Assembly (NCBI GenBank): GCA_004764695.1
Contig: SMSO01000006.1
Location: 449,859-513,858, forward strand
Direction of reading: 5' to 3'
DNA from: Schizochytrium sp. TIO01
Taxonomy: Eukaryota; Protista; Bigyra: Labyrinthulomycetes
Length of the DNA: 64,000 bases
The notes below the pieces were generated by a model. The model was not told where the DNA came from and did not search any database. It saw only the letters and a list, made by a program, of their open reading frames with translations. The position numbers and the translations under genes were made by a program. Positions 49,223 through 64,000 of the stretch are shown here, in pieces; positions within the stretch are counted from its first letter, which is position 1; every line of letters starts with the position of its first letter.

Positions 49223-52200
49223 TGATTAGTAGGATATATCAATAGGAGGTTCTAGTCCTAAGTAGTCGCTAAATGCGTTTTGCAGAGTCTGAAAAAGAAA
49301 GACGCAAGAAACATTTTGAAAAGTAATGCTGCTAGAGTCATAGAGCGACTTGCTCCAACTTGTTCGCACGCTCCAGGCGACAAAAGCTTCTGAATATGAT
49401 CTTTGTTTGTTTGATGGATAGATAGGATAAGCTTTTTTAATTTACCAGGAAGCCTCACCGACCTAGCTTCCCATGGATCAGGCTCACCAAGAGAAGAAAG
49501 ATAATCCCGTCAGAGTGTATCCACTCTCGTGTGATTGTTTGGTCTCTCTCATCTACTATCATCTACCACTGCTACTCAATAATTAACATCTTATTTACAA
49601 GGTCAAGTTATTTGCTTAGTAAACTCAATGTCTTTGAAAGATTAAACCTTAATGATTTCACAATCATCAAAGAACCTCATGCACTTACAAAGTTCTCCGT
49701 CATTCGTCTCGAACTTGGTAGAATGTTTCTTCTTCCTATGGTTTCTCCAGGAGTCGAGTTATAATTACTAGAAATCTCAAAAAGCTCATCATAAGATTGA
49801 TATCTTGCTGTTCCTACTGCCACAAGATTAATTTCTTACGAATCAACTTATTTTCGGATGCTTATCGCCGCCATTCAAGATAGCAGATAGTTTCTCAGCA
49901 GCATAATGACGATTTCTTATTTTCTCTGCTTTCAACCTGCCCTCAAAGACTCTGCAAATCAAATGTGATATCCTAGCATAATGATTATAACGAGAACAAT
50001 TTGCCAGAGTTTGATTGATTTAATAAACCAAGAGATCTATGTATGTGTATGTAACTGCACTAAATGACGTAATGTGAAAAAACAAACCAACGAGATGTAA
50101 GAACAGGGAAAACAAGTTTCATTGCAAAAACTACAAACTTTAAAGTTTGAAAATTCGAGTCCGAAGTACTGAGGATACTTCAAAAGAAAAGAAAATCTCG
50201 TTTATGTTGTCAAGTGCGTAACCGATTCAAATTTTAAAAAGGCTTAACTTTATACTTTCTGGATTTCTCACTCTGATATAATAATGCATTACACATATTT
50301 CCTATAAAAGATTTTCAATTCTTTAGATCAGGCAGAATTCTTTCATTTTACCCCATTAAAAAGTGTTGAGGTTGAAAATTAAAGATGTTGCAATTCAATC
50401 TTTTAAATGAATTCTTTTTTATTTTCCCCTTGAATACGTAATGTTTTTTATTATATATTTTAATAATAATTTTTAAAACATGAAATAAAAGTGGAACTTG
50501 ATAAAAACTCTAGGTCTAATACCAATGTACTTGGCCTGTTCTGTCAAGTAATTCAGCGACGCGCGAGGCTTCTTTTTTCGTGATTATATAAAGAATTATG
50601 TTGTGCATCGTAAAAGCTTTCTTTGAATGCTTTATTTAACAGTCGTAGCTGCTTTTTAGATCTCTGTTGAGAGGAGTATAGTTTCCTACAGAACTAACTT
50701 TTGGTGGTTTTCTCAGCGATTACTATATGTTTTTTGCTTTCGTTACGTTGAAACACGCGATCAAAATACTATCTTAAGCAAATAATTGTATTTAAAAGAA
50801 TGGCTTACCAAGATTATACTGAACGGGACCCCTTCAGCACGAATAAGATTACGCTATTACATCAGGAATTATACGATTTAAAATTTCTTTAATGACAATT
50901 TAATTATATATTTAATTATTTCATGTCAATATTCATGAACAAAACTTGAGCGTCCGCCTCTCAAAAAGAAAAATATAATAAAGCAAGTCCTTTTCCAGAA
51001 ATCACATTCACCACTGTTGCTGATACTGGCGAAGTTACGCATGGAAAATACCCTCTTCAGAGGAGAGCCATTCTAATCGAAAACACCACATCAAAGCCTT
51101 CGCCAACCAAGTCTTCGGCGTTACTCAACTCAATTCCGACTATCTTAGAAGCTTCTAAGACGGTGAGCAGATATTTGCACCACACAGGAAAGATCTTTGC
51201 GTATAATCTGGCGCATCTCCTCTAAAGGAGGTGCCGTTGGTTCCCTCGATACTACCGCACTTCCTCTCGTGCACGCGCTTAGATAGAGGGATAATTTTAA
51301 AGCCACAGGACCACACAGCTAGGAATGGTCAAGCCTAAGCCTACAATCCAATCGTTTCTTTAAAAAGCTTTTGCAAGTTTCATTCTTCCTCCACTTTCAT
51401 AATTAAAACATTTTTTAAAAAAATACTTTAAAACAGTTCACTACTTCAATTCTCTTTTCTATTATTATGTCGACATTGTGCAAGCCGAATATTTTTTGAA
51501 CACCATCGTAAGGGTTCGTTGCGGATGCAGCATCTCCAAAGGGCGGTCTCGGAGTTGTCCGCGTTTTTGGCGCTAAGGTAAGTGTCTCTGTTCCGATTGA
51601 CTATTTGATTGTTGACTTTTTTGCAGAGCCTTACGAACTATACAGGCGCAGAACTGATTTTCCAGAATAACGTCTACGACTTCTGTACGCTTTTACTTGG
51701 ACTTGAGCATCTGAGTACTTTTATTTAGGTTTCCGCTCTTATTAAGAGTATTAGTGACACTATTATAGAAATATTATAACCACTTTATAATTATTTTCAT
51801 GCAAGAATACTCTTCTTTAGTTCTCAAACTATAATGCTTGCTTCAATCTAACTTTTCATTTCCCTGAAACAATAGCCCCCCCCCCCATTGTTTTTTCTCT
51901 TCTCCAAAATTTTTAAAATCTTGCGTAATTTCTAATGTTGGGACTTACACTTTTCATTTTATTATTATTCGCTCACGATCAGTACAAAAATACTCTAATT
52001 ATTATATCTAGCGAGGAACCTGTATATTGTAAAATAACACACCGCTTCTATTAAAACATTCTACCTGATACATTTTAATGATTTATTTCACAAACAAGTT
52101 CTTCTTTATTCCTTTCTTTTTTAATTAAACAAATAGGAGTGGGGAGAAATCGGTTCTTAGGTTTTCTGAAATTTTCAACATGATAATATTGCTTTAGAGG

Positions 52201-54009
52201 TCCAAAACGAGAAGGATCGATAATGACAGGCTGTCGCTCCTCTGACTTATTCATGTTGCATTCTCATTGCCTCTTTCAGCTCGTCCAAGACAGCTCCTTT
52301 TGCCAGTGCTACCTGGCATGCTGTTGCTGTTGAGTTCTAAACACGAGTTCCGAGGCAATCGAAGGACGGCGTGGGACTAAGTTGGCTGTTGCCAATAGAT
52401 TCTTCTTCGTTTGGCGAATAAATCAGTCCGCCGATAGGTGCTCTGAGGCCAAAACGCTCCAAACTTATGAACTGTTCGCTCGTAAGCTCCTCTCGCTATG
52501 TCATCTATTTTGAGATTCGCGCACACTGCTTGTACACTGTCTTCTTGGATCGAAATAAATGAATAAAAGCGAGGTTAATTTCCCGCAACCAATGACCCAG
52601 GACGATGGATGTACGTACATTCAGGAGAATCTGCTAGGATAGAAATGAAGGGTTCGTGCCGCAAACATCTGCAACAAGAAAAAGGTGCACGCAAACATTT
52701 CCCTCTCACATTGCTTTCGAGCTATCCATCAATCAATCAATCTTTTCAATTCGTCATCGGGATGGCTCGAGAATGAAAGTTTTCGCCGCCCCTCTCTTCT
52801 TCTTCCTTTCTTCCCTAAAACGATTGGGCGCAGTTGCAGAAACTGCAACCGCTCATACTGATGGCGGGTTCATCCCTAATCTACAAAGCTCGCGATGGAT
52901 ATAGTCTAAGGGGGGAACGCAACCTCTGCCAAAAGAGACCCGGACTCGGACCAAACGAGCGATGACGGGTGACGAGCCGATCCCTCGCTGGCCTCATGCA
53001 TCATCATGCCCTAAACATCTTGCAAAGTGCTTTTTATTCTTGGTTAATTTAATAGTTTTATTTTTTATGTTTATTTTCATTTAAAACCATCGAACAGGAA
53101 GCATCTTCCACCTTTTTAGATTAAAAAACAATAGACATTTGACCGCTCATCATACCATCATACACACAGAGCCCAGAGACATGTGACTGCCCATGCTCAT
53201 CAGCCATACCTCACATGCCTAGCGCGATAACTCATAAGTTGGTGAGTCTGCTACTTTGTAAAAAAGATAAGACTTTCATTTACTTAAACAGCGATTTCAT
53301 GATCCAAAGATCCGAGGACTAGGTATCGTAGGTACCTAAGCTAGCGCAGGTACGTAGGTAAAAACTCGTGCACGATAGAAAGTCCAACAATAGCAAATGC
53401 AGCATAATATAGATAAACGAATGATTAAATAAACAAAGTTGCATGGGTCACCTCCATAAGACTGTTCGAAAAGGGCCTGGCCGCGACCCTTGCAACTTGA
53501 GGTACTGCTAGTCTCGTAACTAGGTGCGATCCAACTAAATGTCCATGCTCCACTCACCACTGGTACTTGGCAAGCAGAAAAGAATAGTAGGAGGGATCTT
53601 CTTCAACGAGAGTGCTAACTTAACTTTACGGCGACCGGCTCGCTCATAGTGCAGTTCTACGTATCAGTCAGTCCTTGTAATGACAAAAAAAGAATCCGAG
53701 TGTCACTGGTATGTCAAGGAAGCTTTTTAGAGTTAGTTGTTGCGAGCTCTGTTTGTTTTCTACTTTGCACAGACGCCATTTTTGAGCATTTCTCTGTAAT
53801 CAAAACGATTCCTGCTTTTTTGCAAGACGGAATGGTTCAACCCGTCCGGGATTTTGGCGTTCAGAACATTTTCCTGGATTGTTCTGGCCTGAGAGGACAG
53901 AACTTGAAAGCCTCAGTTCAATCTGCTGGGCAGGTTTCTTTTTACGCACGGACCAGCCAGTCTCATTCTTCAGTGCGGAATGTTTTGGCATTTTCCTGAA
54001 TAAACACAG

Positions 54010-54065
54010 TTGATTGATTGGTAGGTTGATTGATTGATTAATTGATTGATTGATTGATTGATTAA
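54010..54065. repeat. (TTGA)n compound microsatellite
   Basis: Read directly. Confidence 0.9.
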
Positions 54066-57000
54066 TCCATGAAAACAAAACTAAACAAATCAGCGCAACT
54101 CAGCTCGACCCAGGAAAAAGAAAACAGCACTCATATACGTAGGTATGTATATATATTTATCTCCGAACGAACAAATCTGTCTCAATCGAATAAGTAAGGC
54201 CATACATGATATAATGCATTCGTAGAACTCCTGAGGGTCGGTCGGTGGTTCACGAACGGGTTTCCTTTGAGTAATTCTTCTTCCCTCTCGTTTTGTTCTT
54301 TAAGATTCTCCTGAGTTCAACCTCAAAAACCAAAAAACAAACGAACAAAAAAGCTCACCTGAACGAACCTCAAGACGATCTCTACAAAGCACTTTGGTAA
54401 TTAATACCTAGGTTCCCCAGTCAGTCCGTGAAGAAGCCAACGCTGGTCTGTTGAACTGAGGAAATCGAAACATCCCTTGACGAAAATCAACGAATGTTTT
54501 TCCTTTTTCCGTATTGTTTCCAATTAAAACGTGAACAGATAAAGTTTTCTTGCTTGGTTACCAAGCAAACCTACCTAAAACTCCTAATCCCAGGAGTCCC
54601 GTCAGCTTCCAAAACGAGCGCCATGCCCGTGCATGGACCTATTCATGCCTGGCGTTTTACGGTCTTAGTGAATGTTTGGAGATATTGCGAAGGATTTCAA
54701 GCTAATCGAACCGCCATCACATACTACACATACTAGGGTTCCCTGTGCATGATTTAGAGAATACGTAACAAGGAGATTGGGCAACTCAGATTATAGATTA
54801 GGGTTTACGAGCCTGCGATGTTGGCCTTTTGGTTGGAGATTCGGGTTCATCTTAGTCATACAAACAGGAACATTCTCGATAGAAGTTGAACTGGCCGGGT
54901 TTCGCAGACATGTGCCCACCGTCTCGTCTCGGGCTGGAGACTGTTTCTGCAATCTATCCTCCAAGTTGCTTCAGAGTTTCCGGCAACTTTACAAACCCAG
55001 GGCCTTGCTCGCACTCTCGCATTAGACTATCGCAGCTCTTCCAGTTGGAAAGTGGGCAGGGGGGGGGCACTTTGGTACATTCTAGTCGGCACCAAGACGT
55101 TCTTTCGGCTCCGATGCAAGCTTGGATTCTGTGCTCAGAAACCTTCGGGGGGGAATATGCCCCATCCTTATCATAAACAAGTCAGTTGAACGCAACAAAC
55201 TCACTCAAAGCAAGAAATGGAGAATTCGAATGCAGAGATGATCGATTTCTCAGGGACAAAAATAGTACAATACGAATTGCTTAAGCTACGCCAATTTCAG
55301 CAGCAGCCCCTAAAATGTGCAAGGTGCAGTGCAGCGCAGCACAGCACTGGACACAGCAATAATAAATGGTGGGTTAGTTTCAAAGACCCTTTTTCTGTTG
55401 AAAAACCAGCATTTAAAAGTGTTAATGAGTGCATGGTAGGTGTCCTGTTGCGGTCAGTTGTATGATTTCATTATATATGTTGATCTTACAAACAAAGTCT
55501 GCGACTTTGCTGTCATAGCAGAACTCAATTTCTCCGACATGCATACTGCGTCTCATTTATCTCTAAAACGAGCTTTGCGCGTTGTAGAAAATGCATAGTA
55601 TCATCGGCACAATGGTCGCAAACAAAAAGAGTAATTTACGAAATTCATGCACAAAGCGAACCAACCCAAATGTGTCATACGCGCTTTGAAAAAGAAGGAA
55701 AAAAAAGGTCGTGTGTGCCACGTCTTAAGAGCTGGCGGTGCGGCATTAGGTCCGTCAATTTCGACACGCGTCGGGCTTCCGCGCATACAAACGAAATCTC
55801 TGGCCGTCAAGCAACGAACGAGTTAGACTTCCGGCTTGCGCCTGGCTCGCTGAAGGACTGGTTTGCCAACTCTGAACATTCTTTTTAGCACAGAGGCTGA
55901 AGTAGCAGTGCTGAAGTCTAGTTAGAGAGGCCTGCAGGGGAAAGGAACTTTAAATGATTTTACACCGTTGAAACGCCATTCTTGCATTGCCAATGACTAT
56001 ACTTGGCGGTGAGCCTGGATCCAACTGGCCTGCTCTCTGGACTGATTTCCTTGATCCTGCTGCTACTTGACAAAGAAACGAACTTACGAACTCAAATGAG
56101 ATGTTCCTGTCTATCGTAGGGTACGTAGTAAGTGTGAAAGTAAAAACATAGTAAACACATGCCAGGGATTTGGGCGTGCGCTCGGACATATTCTTTCCGC
56201 TTGACTGGCTGTCTACTTACATAAGTTGAGGAATGCCTCGTTCCCCTTCCTTTTCTTAGCTCTGGAACTCCAGGAAAACATTTGCAACGAATACAAACAT
56301 TGTGTGAGAAGAAATTGTCTGATCGTGGGTATTTTTCTGGGGCCACCAAGATGGGCTGACATAGGATGGGTTTTGGTGTCGTTTGCTTTACTAAAAAGAT
56401 AATAACTTTGTTGCAATCCAACAGGACATGTTTCAGTCCAAGCATAGTAAGTAGCTGTATAATAGGACAGGTCTTTTTGCTCCCTCGCACGCCTGTCGAG
56501 AAACAATCTTAAAGAGGACCTGTCAAACCTTCTACTTTCCTCAACTTTTTAAAGGGGTTCTAATTGTAGCCCTCCTTTTCTATGATGCATTGAACATTGC
56601 CTCTCATTTTCTACTGCATTCCGCAACTGGTGGCGAAAATCGTTTTCTCTGTTGTATGGTACATTCGGAATCTAACATTCCTCATTTTTTCAATTTACTT
56701 TCAATGTCATTCGGATGTAGCCTCTAGATGGGTCTGGGGGGAGAAAGCTCTGCTTTTCTTCAACATACGCAGCTCGCAAGGCATTGAAAAGCTGATCCAA
56801 GCTACTGCTGAGACGGATCAGCTGGTTAGAAAAGCCAAACCGTGTGAGCCGGGCACGGTTCTTTTTAGATGGTCCTTCTTGGTCGGTTCCCATTTTGCTG
56901 GGGCCACCAAAAATCGGTTACCAATTCCCTCTTTTATGAGTAAGAGGGGGGATAGTACCTACCTACCTGCCTACCTTCTTCCTACCTACATAGATACTTA

Positions 57001-60000
57001 CTTACCTATGAGGAATTTAATAATAATTAAAAAGACTGACACGAGTTGGAAGAGATAGACGATCCAACTACGTCTTTTGTTATTTCGAATAATAAATAAA
57101 AGATAATCATAAAAGGATGACAGAAAAGAAAAGTATACCTTCCTCTTCGCTGTTTTTCTGAGGTAAGGAGCGGGATAAAGGCAGTATTTGATATGATTGA
57201 AAATATAACTTTTTCTAACTTCAAAGAACAATACTTTTGTGTATTTGATTGATACATTTTCATTTTCCCTTCAAGAGCTTTGAGAGCCTACAAGCAAATA
57301 AAGCCATTTTTCTCGCTTTGATATGTCCCTTTTATGATCTTGCTCCTCACATACCTATTCTGCACACCAATATAAAGTTAGTTGCTGTTTTGTTTTCTAT
57401 TTGTCTTTCGTGTGTTAACTGCAAATTTTCTGTGGAAGAAATAGCTTCAAAAAACAGAACGCATATAAAGTTTATACATTGTAACACCTTTATATTATTT
57501 TGCAGCTTATTTTCTCAACTTTATTCGCCTCTACATTTTGCTGGTATGCTTTGGGTTAATGATGAAAATGCTAGCTCTGCATAAACCATGACCATTGTTT
57601 TAAAGCTACATTATTGTAACTTCAAAAGCGAAGTTTTTTCAATATTAAGCTTGACGCTTCATCTTATTCTTTTTTTCCCTTTTAAAAGAATTGCTCACAA
57701 GCAACACTGCATGACGGTTGTTTGCGGCTCCTCATATGCTCACTCCTTCTCATGTCTAGTAGGGCAAATTAACGCAAGCTTTTACTTCTGTAAATTGTCA
57801 ATCTCACCCTCAGAGCAACCCTACTCGAGTCTGTAAATTCTATCATTGGAGTCCTGCTCACTTTACATTTCAGTGATTGGTCATACTTTGTTTTGCTCGG
57901 ATCATGAGATCATGACGAGTGCAGAACAAACGAACTGCCAATGCAGAAAAAGTATAAAGTGATTATTCGTTTCATTTAATTTTACCATGTGTTTATCTAC
58001 ATCGCTAAAAGATACTCTTTTAACTCCCTTTCCCAGCGTTTTCCTTGAACAATAACAGTAGGTACGAAAAGCTTATGCTCAGGATGTTAAGGCGAAGAAA
58101 AGTGTTGTTATATATAATAAAATATTAAGCGGCCTAGAAAACTAACTGCTTTCAAAACTGAGTAGTCATTTGCTGTAGGGTTGAATTCCTCATGGAAGGC
58201 AGAATAACATGACCTTTAAAGAGGAGGGGTTACACATCTCGAATCATCCTCTACATAATACTTGTTTCAATCTGAGGCTATATTCTCCATTTCGGTGATC
58301 TTCAATGACGTTCGAACCGTTTCCTATTTATGAGAGGGTTATATTTCAAAATCAAAATTTGGTTCTTCATCTGAAACAAAGCAAGCAAAATGTACACGAA
58401 GATTGAGCATGCATCACGCGCCTGTCAAAGCTCTCTCTTAGTGGTTAGATTACTCGAAAGCATTTTTGCGAAACAAAATAAAATCATCAAACTACTATAG
58501 AAACCAGACAAAAGACCATTGGTCTATTAAAGTCGGCAGTGAACTTAAAATGATATCTTCCTAAGAATGTGGCCTACGACTACTGCGTCACTGTTTGAAC
58601 AACTGCTTTGTCGATCCGAAATATTATAATTTGAGAGATTGATAATTAGGCAGTTGGGAAGGAAAGTTCCGAAGCAAATTCGAAGTCTTTGCCAGCCAGT
58701 CAAATTCTATTATAACGTACTATATTTTTTCACAGACTTGCCAAAAAATATCTTATTCAATAACAAATTTAAATAATGAACTTAGGTGCTGATCAATAAC
58801 TAAATCCACATTGAGAGACGCCAAGCCTTCATTTTTCTATAAAAGACGCGTATAAGGGGAGAGCTATAAAATTTTTATTGATATCCCCCTTTAAAACGTT
58901 TCTCCGTGTGCTATATGCTATTAATAGCTCTCTAGCAGTGTTTTGCACTTTGGAATTGCTTGCTAAGTCGTGACAATGAACTAGCAAAATCGTCTGCAAA
59001 AAAATAAATTCAGGGCTCATGATCGCAATAGCAAATCATATTCGAGGTACAAGTAAAAAAACAATATTCAGAATATATAGCACTTCAGAAGCATTGCATT
59101 CTTAAAACAGGGCGCTTCTCATCTCTTCTCAGCGCAGCAGATTGTCATGATTTATTATCCCCTACGTGCAAAACATTTACAGCTCTCAAAAGCTTCATGT
59201 GTTTTTTGTTTTCTCCGTATTCTATTGAATCAACATTTTAAGAGAATGTTTCTTACATACATCTCTTTTGGCTTTCTTTCCTTGTTAGAAAGAAGAATAA
59301 TAATTTTAAATATTAAATTCTTCATTCCTTAATTTTATTAAAGTAAATTAAATTAATCAAAGTATAAACATTTCGCGGGAAATCGACTTTTTCTTTTATC
59401 TCTTCTAAAATAATATTTTTTATATTTCACAAAATGTAAGTATTAAAGAATTCAACTTGCTCTTAAAATGATTTTATTCACCTCTCTTTTTTTCTCTCTC
59501 TCTTTTTTTTTAAAGAATCCCCTAATATACCAGAATGCTCTATTCTTCAAAATAGTTTTTTTTTTTTGTATTTTAGTATTGCTCTTGCCCTTATATATCG
59601 CTCCAGTTATGAACATGAACACCCTTGCAAGAGAAGCCAAAAGTCACCACTTAATACAGAACATAGCGAGCAGTGCCTCGCAACCACTAAGCCTGGCGTC
59701 ACTTTGCAAGGAATCCAAACACTTCTATGGCTCTGAATTGAGCAAAAGTTTTAACTCTTTTCACCTCTTGCCATGGATGTGAACACCAACATCCATCATT
59801 ATAAGAGCCACTCGAAGAACAAAACAAATACTCCGCAACACTCCCGCAAGGCCTGCCTAGCTACTAAAGATAAAAGTCGTTCTCTTTAAAAGAGCCTCAC
59901 TCGACATCATCCCCGCATCTCCTTTCACTTTTGCCCACAGTTTCCACCAATGCAGCATCCTTGCTTCAAAACCTTCCCTAAGCCACCCTCTACCAGGCAG

Positions 60001-60792
60001 ACAGAACTTCCATCTTTTGCGTTGCAGTACACAGAAGACACTAGCACTCTCTATGGCTCTAGTTAGCCCCTTGTTCCGCTCTGTTTCATCACCCTAAACT
60101 AGTAAGGGCTGGTACACACCCCAACCATGAAGGGATGAGAGCAAAGCACGACATGACGCGTATTTACAGAATAAGTTAATGGCGCAAGTTGGAAGCGAAT
60201 GTGCAACTCATATTTCATTTCGTTATTATTCCGGGTAACTTCAAAACTAGTTTTACTTTTACTTTATTTTATCTTTAATCACTTAAGTAGGTACACATAG
60301 TGCCCGGCAATTGGCTATGTTTTACTTTTTTATCTTTCCCTGAGCGTCTATGTATCTTACCAGTCAATCATCAGAGAACACTATATAAAGACTGCATCTG
60401 AAGCAATGATACATACTATGAAGGTTTAGAAACCAGAGCGGCCTTCCTTCCATCCATCCTTCCATCCAACTCCCTTCCTTCACTCCTTCCTTCACTCCTT
60501 CCTTCCTGCGAGGGAATGTTAAAGCCATTTTATTCTCTTTCTATGTCCCTGCTGGAGTCTCATTCTTTGTTTGCAACTTTCGCAGGGCTCGTGAAAGGCT
60601 CGAGAAGCGGAACCGGACGGCAGCTCACGAGCAAAAAGGGACAGAGAGCGAAGAAGAAAAGAAGCGCCCCCCTCGCTAGTCTTTCAGGCGTTCGCAAGAA
60701 GGAGAGCGCGTGTGCTCTGTGTCTCAGGCAGCACCACTTGCCAGCCAGCCCGGGGAGTTCTGCCAGCCTGCTGCTTGCCTGCCAACGCGCAG

Positions 60793-60888
60793 AAACAAAC
60801 AATCAAAGAAACAAACAAACAAACAAACGAACAAACAAACAAACAAATAAACAAACAAACAAACAAACAAACAAACAAACAAACAAAC
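60793..60888. repeat. (AAAC)n microsatellite, 24 units in phase with variants
   Basis: Read directly. Confidence 0.95.
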
Positions 60889-61887
60889 TTAAAAACAATG
60901 AAACCTGGCGGCCGACCACTCGGCGGGTCACTCCATGATTCGCTGGCTTCTGCCGGTCCAAAGCATCGTGAAGAACAGAAGCCACGTGAATGAAGAAGTC
61001 CTTCGTGCCGCTTTTGTTGGGTTGCTGCTGCAGTAGTTTCACCTCACCTTGCGTTGCGTTGCTTGGAATACTATCTATCCACTGCTGGCGTGCTTTAGCT
61101 TCAGCTTCTTCTTGCTTTCGCATTGCTTTTAATAAAAGATGGAGTGAGTGAGTGAGTGAGTGAGTAAGTGAGTGAGCGATCTATAGCAAGCAAGAGTGAA
61201 GCTTGGCTCTGGGTTGGCATGATGTCATTTATCGTGACCGTGCTGTCGTACAGAAATCATTTGGAAACCGCCGTCTTCATGTGTCATGCACGCTAGTTGT
61301 GTTTGTTTTGTTTTGTTTTGTTTTTTTGGAGACACCTAAACTTGATTCCTGCAGCGAGGAGTACATTTCCTGCATCAGCTTGATGCTCTGCAGGAGTAGG
61401 TCCGACGGTGTGTGCGTGCGACGCTGAGAGAGTGAGCATCGATCGAGCCATTGGCAGCAGCAGCAGCGTAGAGAGCTGACTAGCGAGATCTACTTTCGCG
61501 TTAATCAATCAACTAGCGAGGCGAGAAGTAGAATGCGAGAAGAAGAAGACCCCGAGATTCCATCCCGACACGCTTCCGGACGCGAGAAAGTCTAAATCCT
61601 AAATCACTGGCGCCGGAGATCAATCGTGCTGAGGAGTGAGTGAATGAGTGAATGAGTGGTGGTTGGTTGGTTGGTTGGATTCGCGAACCCGCGCAAGATT
61701 GCAGGCATCGATTCCATCATGGGTGTGCGCGCGTGCGTGCACACGTCAGCTATTGTACACCAAGTGCTACTCATGCCGCTGCCGCCGAGGTTCGAATGTC
61801 ACGAAGGACGAGGCGTAGGCTTCTTGCTAGACGTTCGCTAGGTTTGCGAGGACGAAGATGGCGCTCCACACGGTGTGCCAAGGTAGC

Positions 61888-62055
61888 GAATGAGTGAATG
61901 AGTGAGTGAGTGAATGAATGAATGAATGAATGAATGAATGAATGAATGAATGAATGAATGAATGAATGAATGAATGAATGAATGAATGAATGAATGAATG
62001 AATGAATGAATGAATGAATGAATGAATGAATGAATGAATGAATGAATGAATGAAT
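61888..62055. repeat. (GAAT/GAGT)42 microsatellite
   Basis: 168-bp tract; it produces the spurious IHSF ORF. Confidence 0.97.
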
Positions 62056-64000
62056 GGGAAAAGTGCGAAAGGAGGAGAGAGTCTTCGCCGCTTCTTTCAT
62101 TGAACTAACTAAGCTTGCATTGAATTACATGCAGTGCGGCAGCGTGCCAGTTCTTCGCTTGTTCTTCTGTATGTTCTGTCTGCACTGCTGAGCGGCGGCC
62201 TTCTTGAATGGAACGATCTCTTCTCTCTCGGCATGGATTCCGCGCGAGTTAAAAAAAAAGTTAAAGTCAGCTCTCCAAGGTGGCACGAGGGACTCCCTTC
62301 CCTCCCCGAGAAGAACGGAGGCTTCACTCGCTTGATTTCTGCTTCAGGTTTGGCAGTAATTTCTATCAGCAATCAGTCAGTCAGTCATTCCAAGTGCTGC
62401 TGAAGTGCTGGTGGTTGGTCCTGGCAGGCTGCCTGAGGCGGCGCCAGCAGTGGGCCAAGATTTTACTTAGAGTTCACGGTTCAAGAGCTTTGAACTCATG
62501 GAAGAACGCACGTATCATGTTGGGGTGAGTGTTGGTTGTTATCGTGCCTTCGAGACCTCTCGACAAAGATTTGCTTAAGCTTCTAGCTTGAGTGGCCTGT
62601 TATCTTGTGTTACAGACCGAGTCCGAGAGAAGACGAGGAGGCGGCCCGTCATCAAGAACAGCAGCAGCAGCAGCAGCAGCAACAACAACAACAAAAACAA
62701 CAACAAGGTTTTCAGCCACGAAGCCCCTCCGTATTTTTAACAACGAGAGGATGAGGCCGTGGACGGTCTCGCTGACCCTTGATGAAAAGCTGTTTCTTTC
62801 TCTCGGGCCAAGCCGGTCTTTAAGAAGAAGTTCTTCCTCGCGTGTCTTGGCAGCAGAAATCCAAGAGGCATTACGACTCCGAAGTTGCGCTCGTTTTCAC
62901 AACATGAGCGGCTGAATCTCCCTCTTCCTTTCTTCATTTTTATTTTAACATAAAGCATGTTCTCGCCTGTTGTGGTAATAGCGAGCAGACTAGTAGGAAC
63001 CTGCCTACTGTGGCTCTCTTACTTTGAACAAGGGTGGGCGTCAGGTTGAGCATAAATCGTGGTGGGCTGAGAAGAATTGCGAACTTCGGCGCGAAGGGAC
63101 GCCTTGCGCCCACGCGGCAGCGTATTCTCGCATTTAAAGCCGTTCGCTATTCGATTGTCCACTACAGTCCGCCAGTCTCTGCTTAGGGAACATCACATCA
63201 CATGCATTGATGCAAAGCGAGGGGCACGCAAACAAAACAAAGACCAACTCCTCTTGGTAAATCAGATGTGAATTTTTTAATGCTTTTCCTTTTCGAATTT
63301 CATTCTTTTCTTTCAAAATGATAACTGGCCATTCATTGGCCAGCATTACGTACTACCAGGTATAAAATCTCACTGTTTTGTTTTTTTTTAATTATTTATA
63401 TTTTAATTATTTATATATTTATATATTCATTGCACTGCTCTCTTTCCAATTCTCTGTATCTGAATTTAAAGAAATAGTGTCAGGACATTAGCTTTATTTC
63501 CTCAGAACGAGTAAATTTCAAACTTCAAAAACAATAACACATGACGAAAAAGGAAACAACTTGAATGATAACAGGATAAGCAACAAAATAATCGCGAGCA
63601 GCGCCCCAGCATTTGCGGAGTCTGCGGAGCGACGGCTCTTGGTCTTATTTTCTCGCTTGGTTTCTGCTGTTGTTTAGGGCACTTGTCAATTAGACTCGCG
63701 CCGAATGAAACCCCGGACACCTTTTGCCATGAAGGTCATCCGGTTTTCAGATTTAAAATGAACTGTTTCCACCCTTTTTTTATTTTAGGTTTTTTTCTAC
63801 TTTCTCTAATTTGAAAAAAAGCAGAGGAGGGGGGGAATAGAAAATATATTTCATGTTTCGGTTGCACCTGGAGCGATAACAACTGCTGGTCTGGCTCAGC
63901 GATTCCGTCGCTACCTTCCTTCTTGTGTTGGCTCTTAGCTGGAAAGTGGTTCTGGTGGTCTCTTTTGTGCACGTTTCTGGGGTGGCGCATGGCTTTGCGA

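Overview
Eukaryotic (protist) genomic DNA with GT-AG introns and many tetranucleotide microsatellites. The style suggests a thraustochytrid/labyrinthulomycete stramenopile, but that is inference only. The first 14.5 kb hold four recognisable genes: a 5'-truncated DegT/DnrJ/EryC1/StrS-type PLP aminotransferase (+), MAT1/MNAT1 (-) head-to-head with COP9 signalosome subunit 6 (+), and a Q-rich three-repeat MYB transcription factor (-) whose frame is broken by two compensating 1-nt indels. Both tail-to-tail intergenic regions (about 1.4-6.7 kb and 9.9-11.7 kb) contain decayed, stop-riddled coding-like sequence of unidentified family, including a diverged ~415-bp inverted repeat pair that brackets MAT1-CSN6. 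The remaining ~49.5 kb upstream of the MYB gene has no recognisable conserved gene. It has microsatellite-rich flanks, an AT-richer centre, a few hairpins and splice-like signals, and a few weak orphan ORF candidates. No tRNA, rRNA, CRISPR array or intact transposase was recognised. The best leads for something new are the coding relics confined to convergent intergenic regions, the MYB frameshifts and the gene desert; none can be established without searches or reads.
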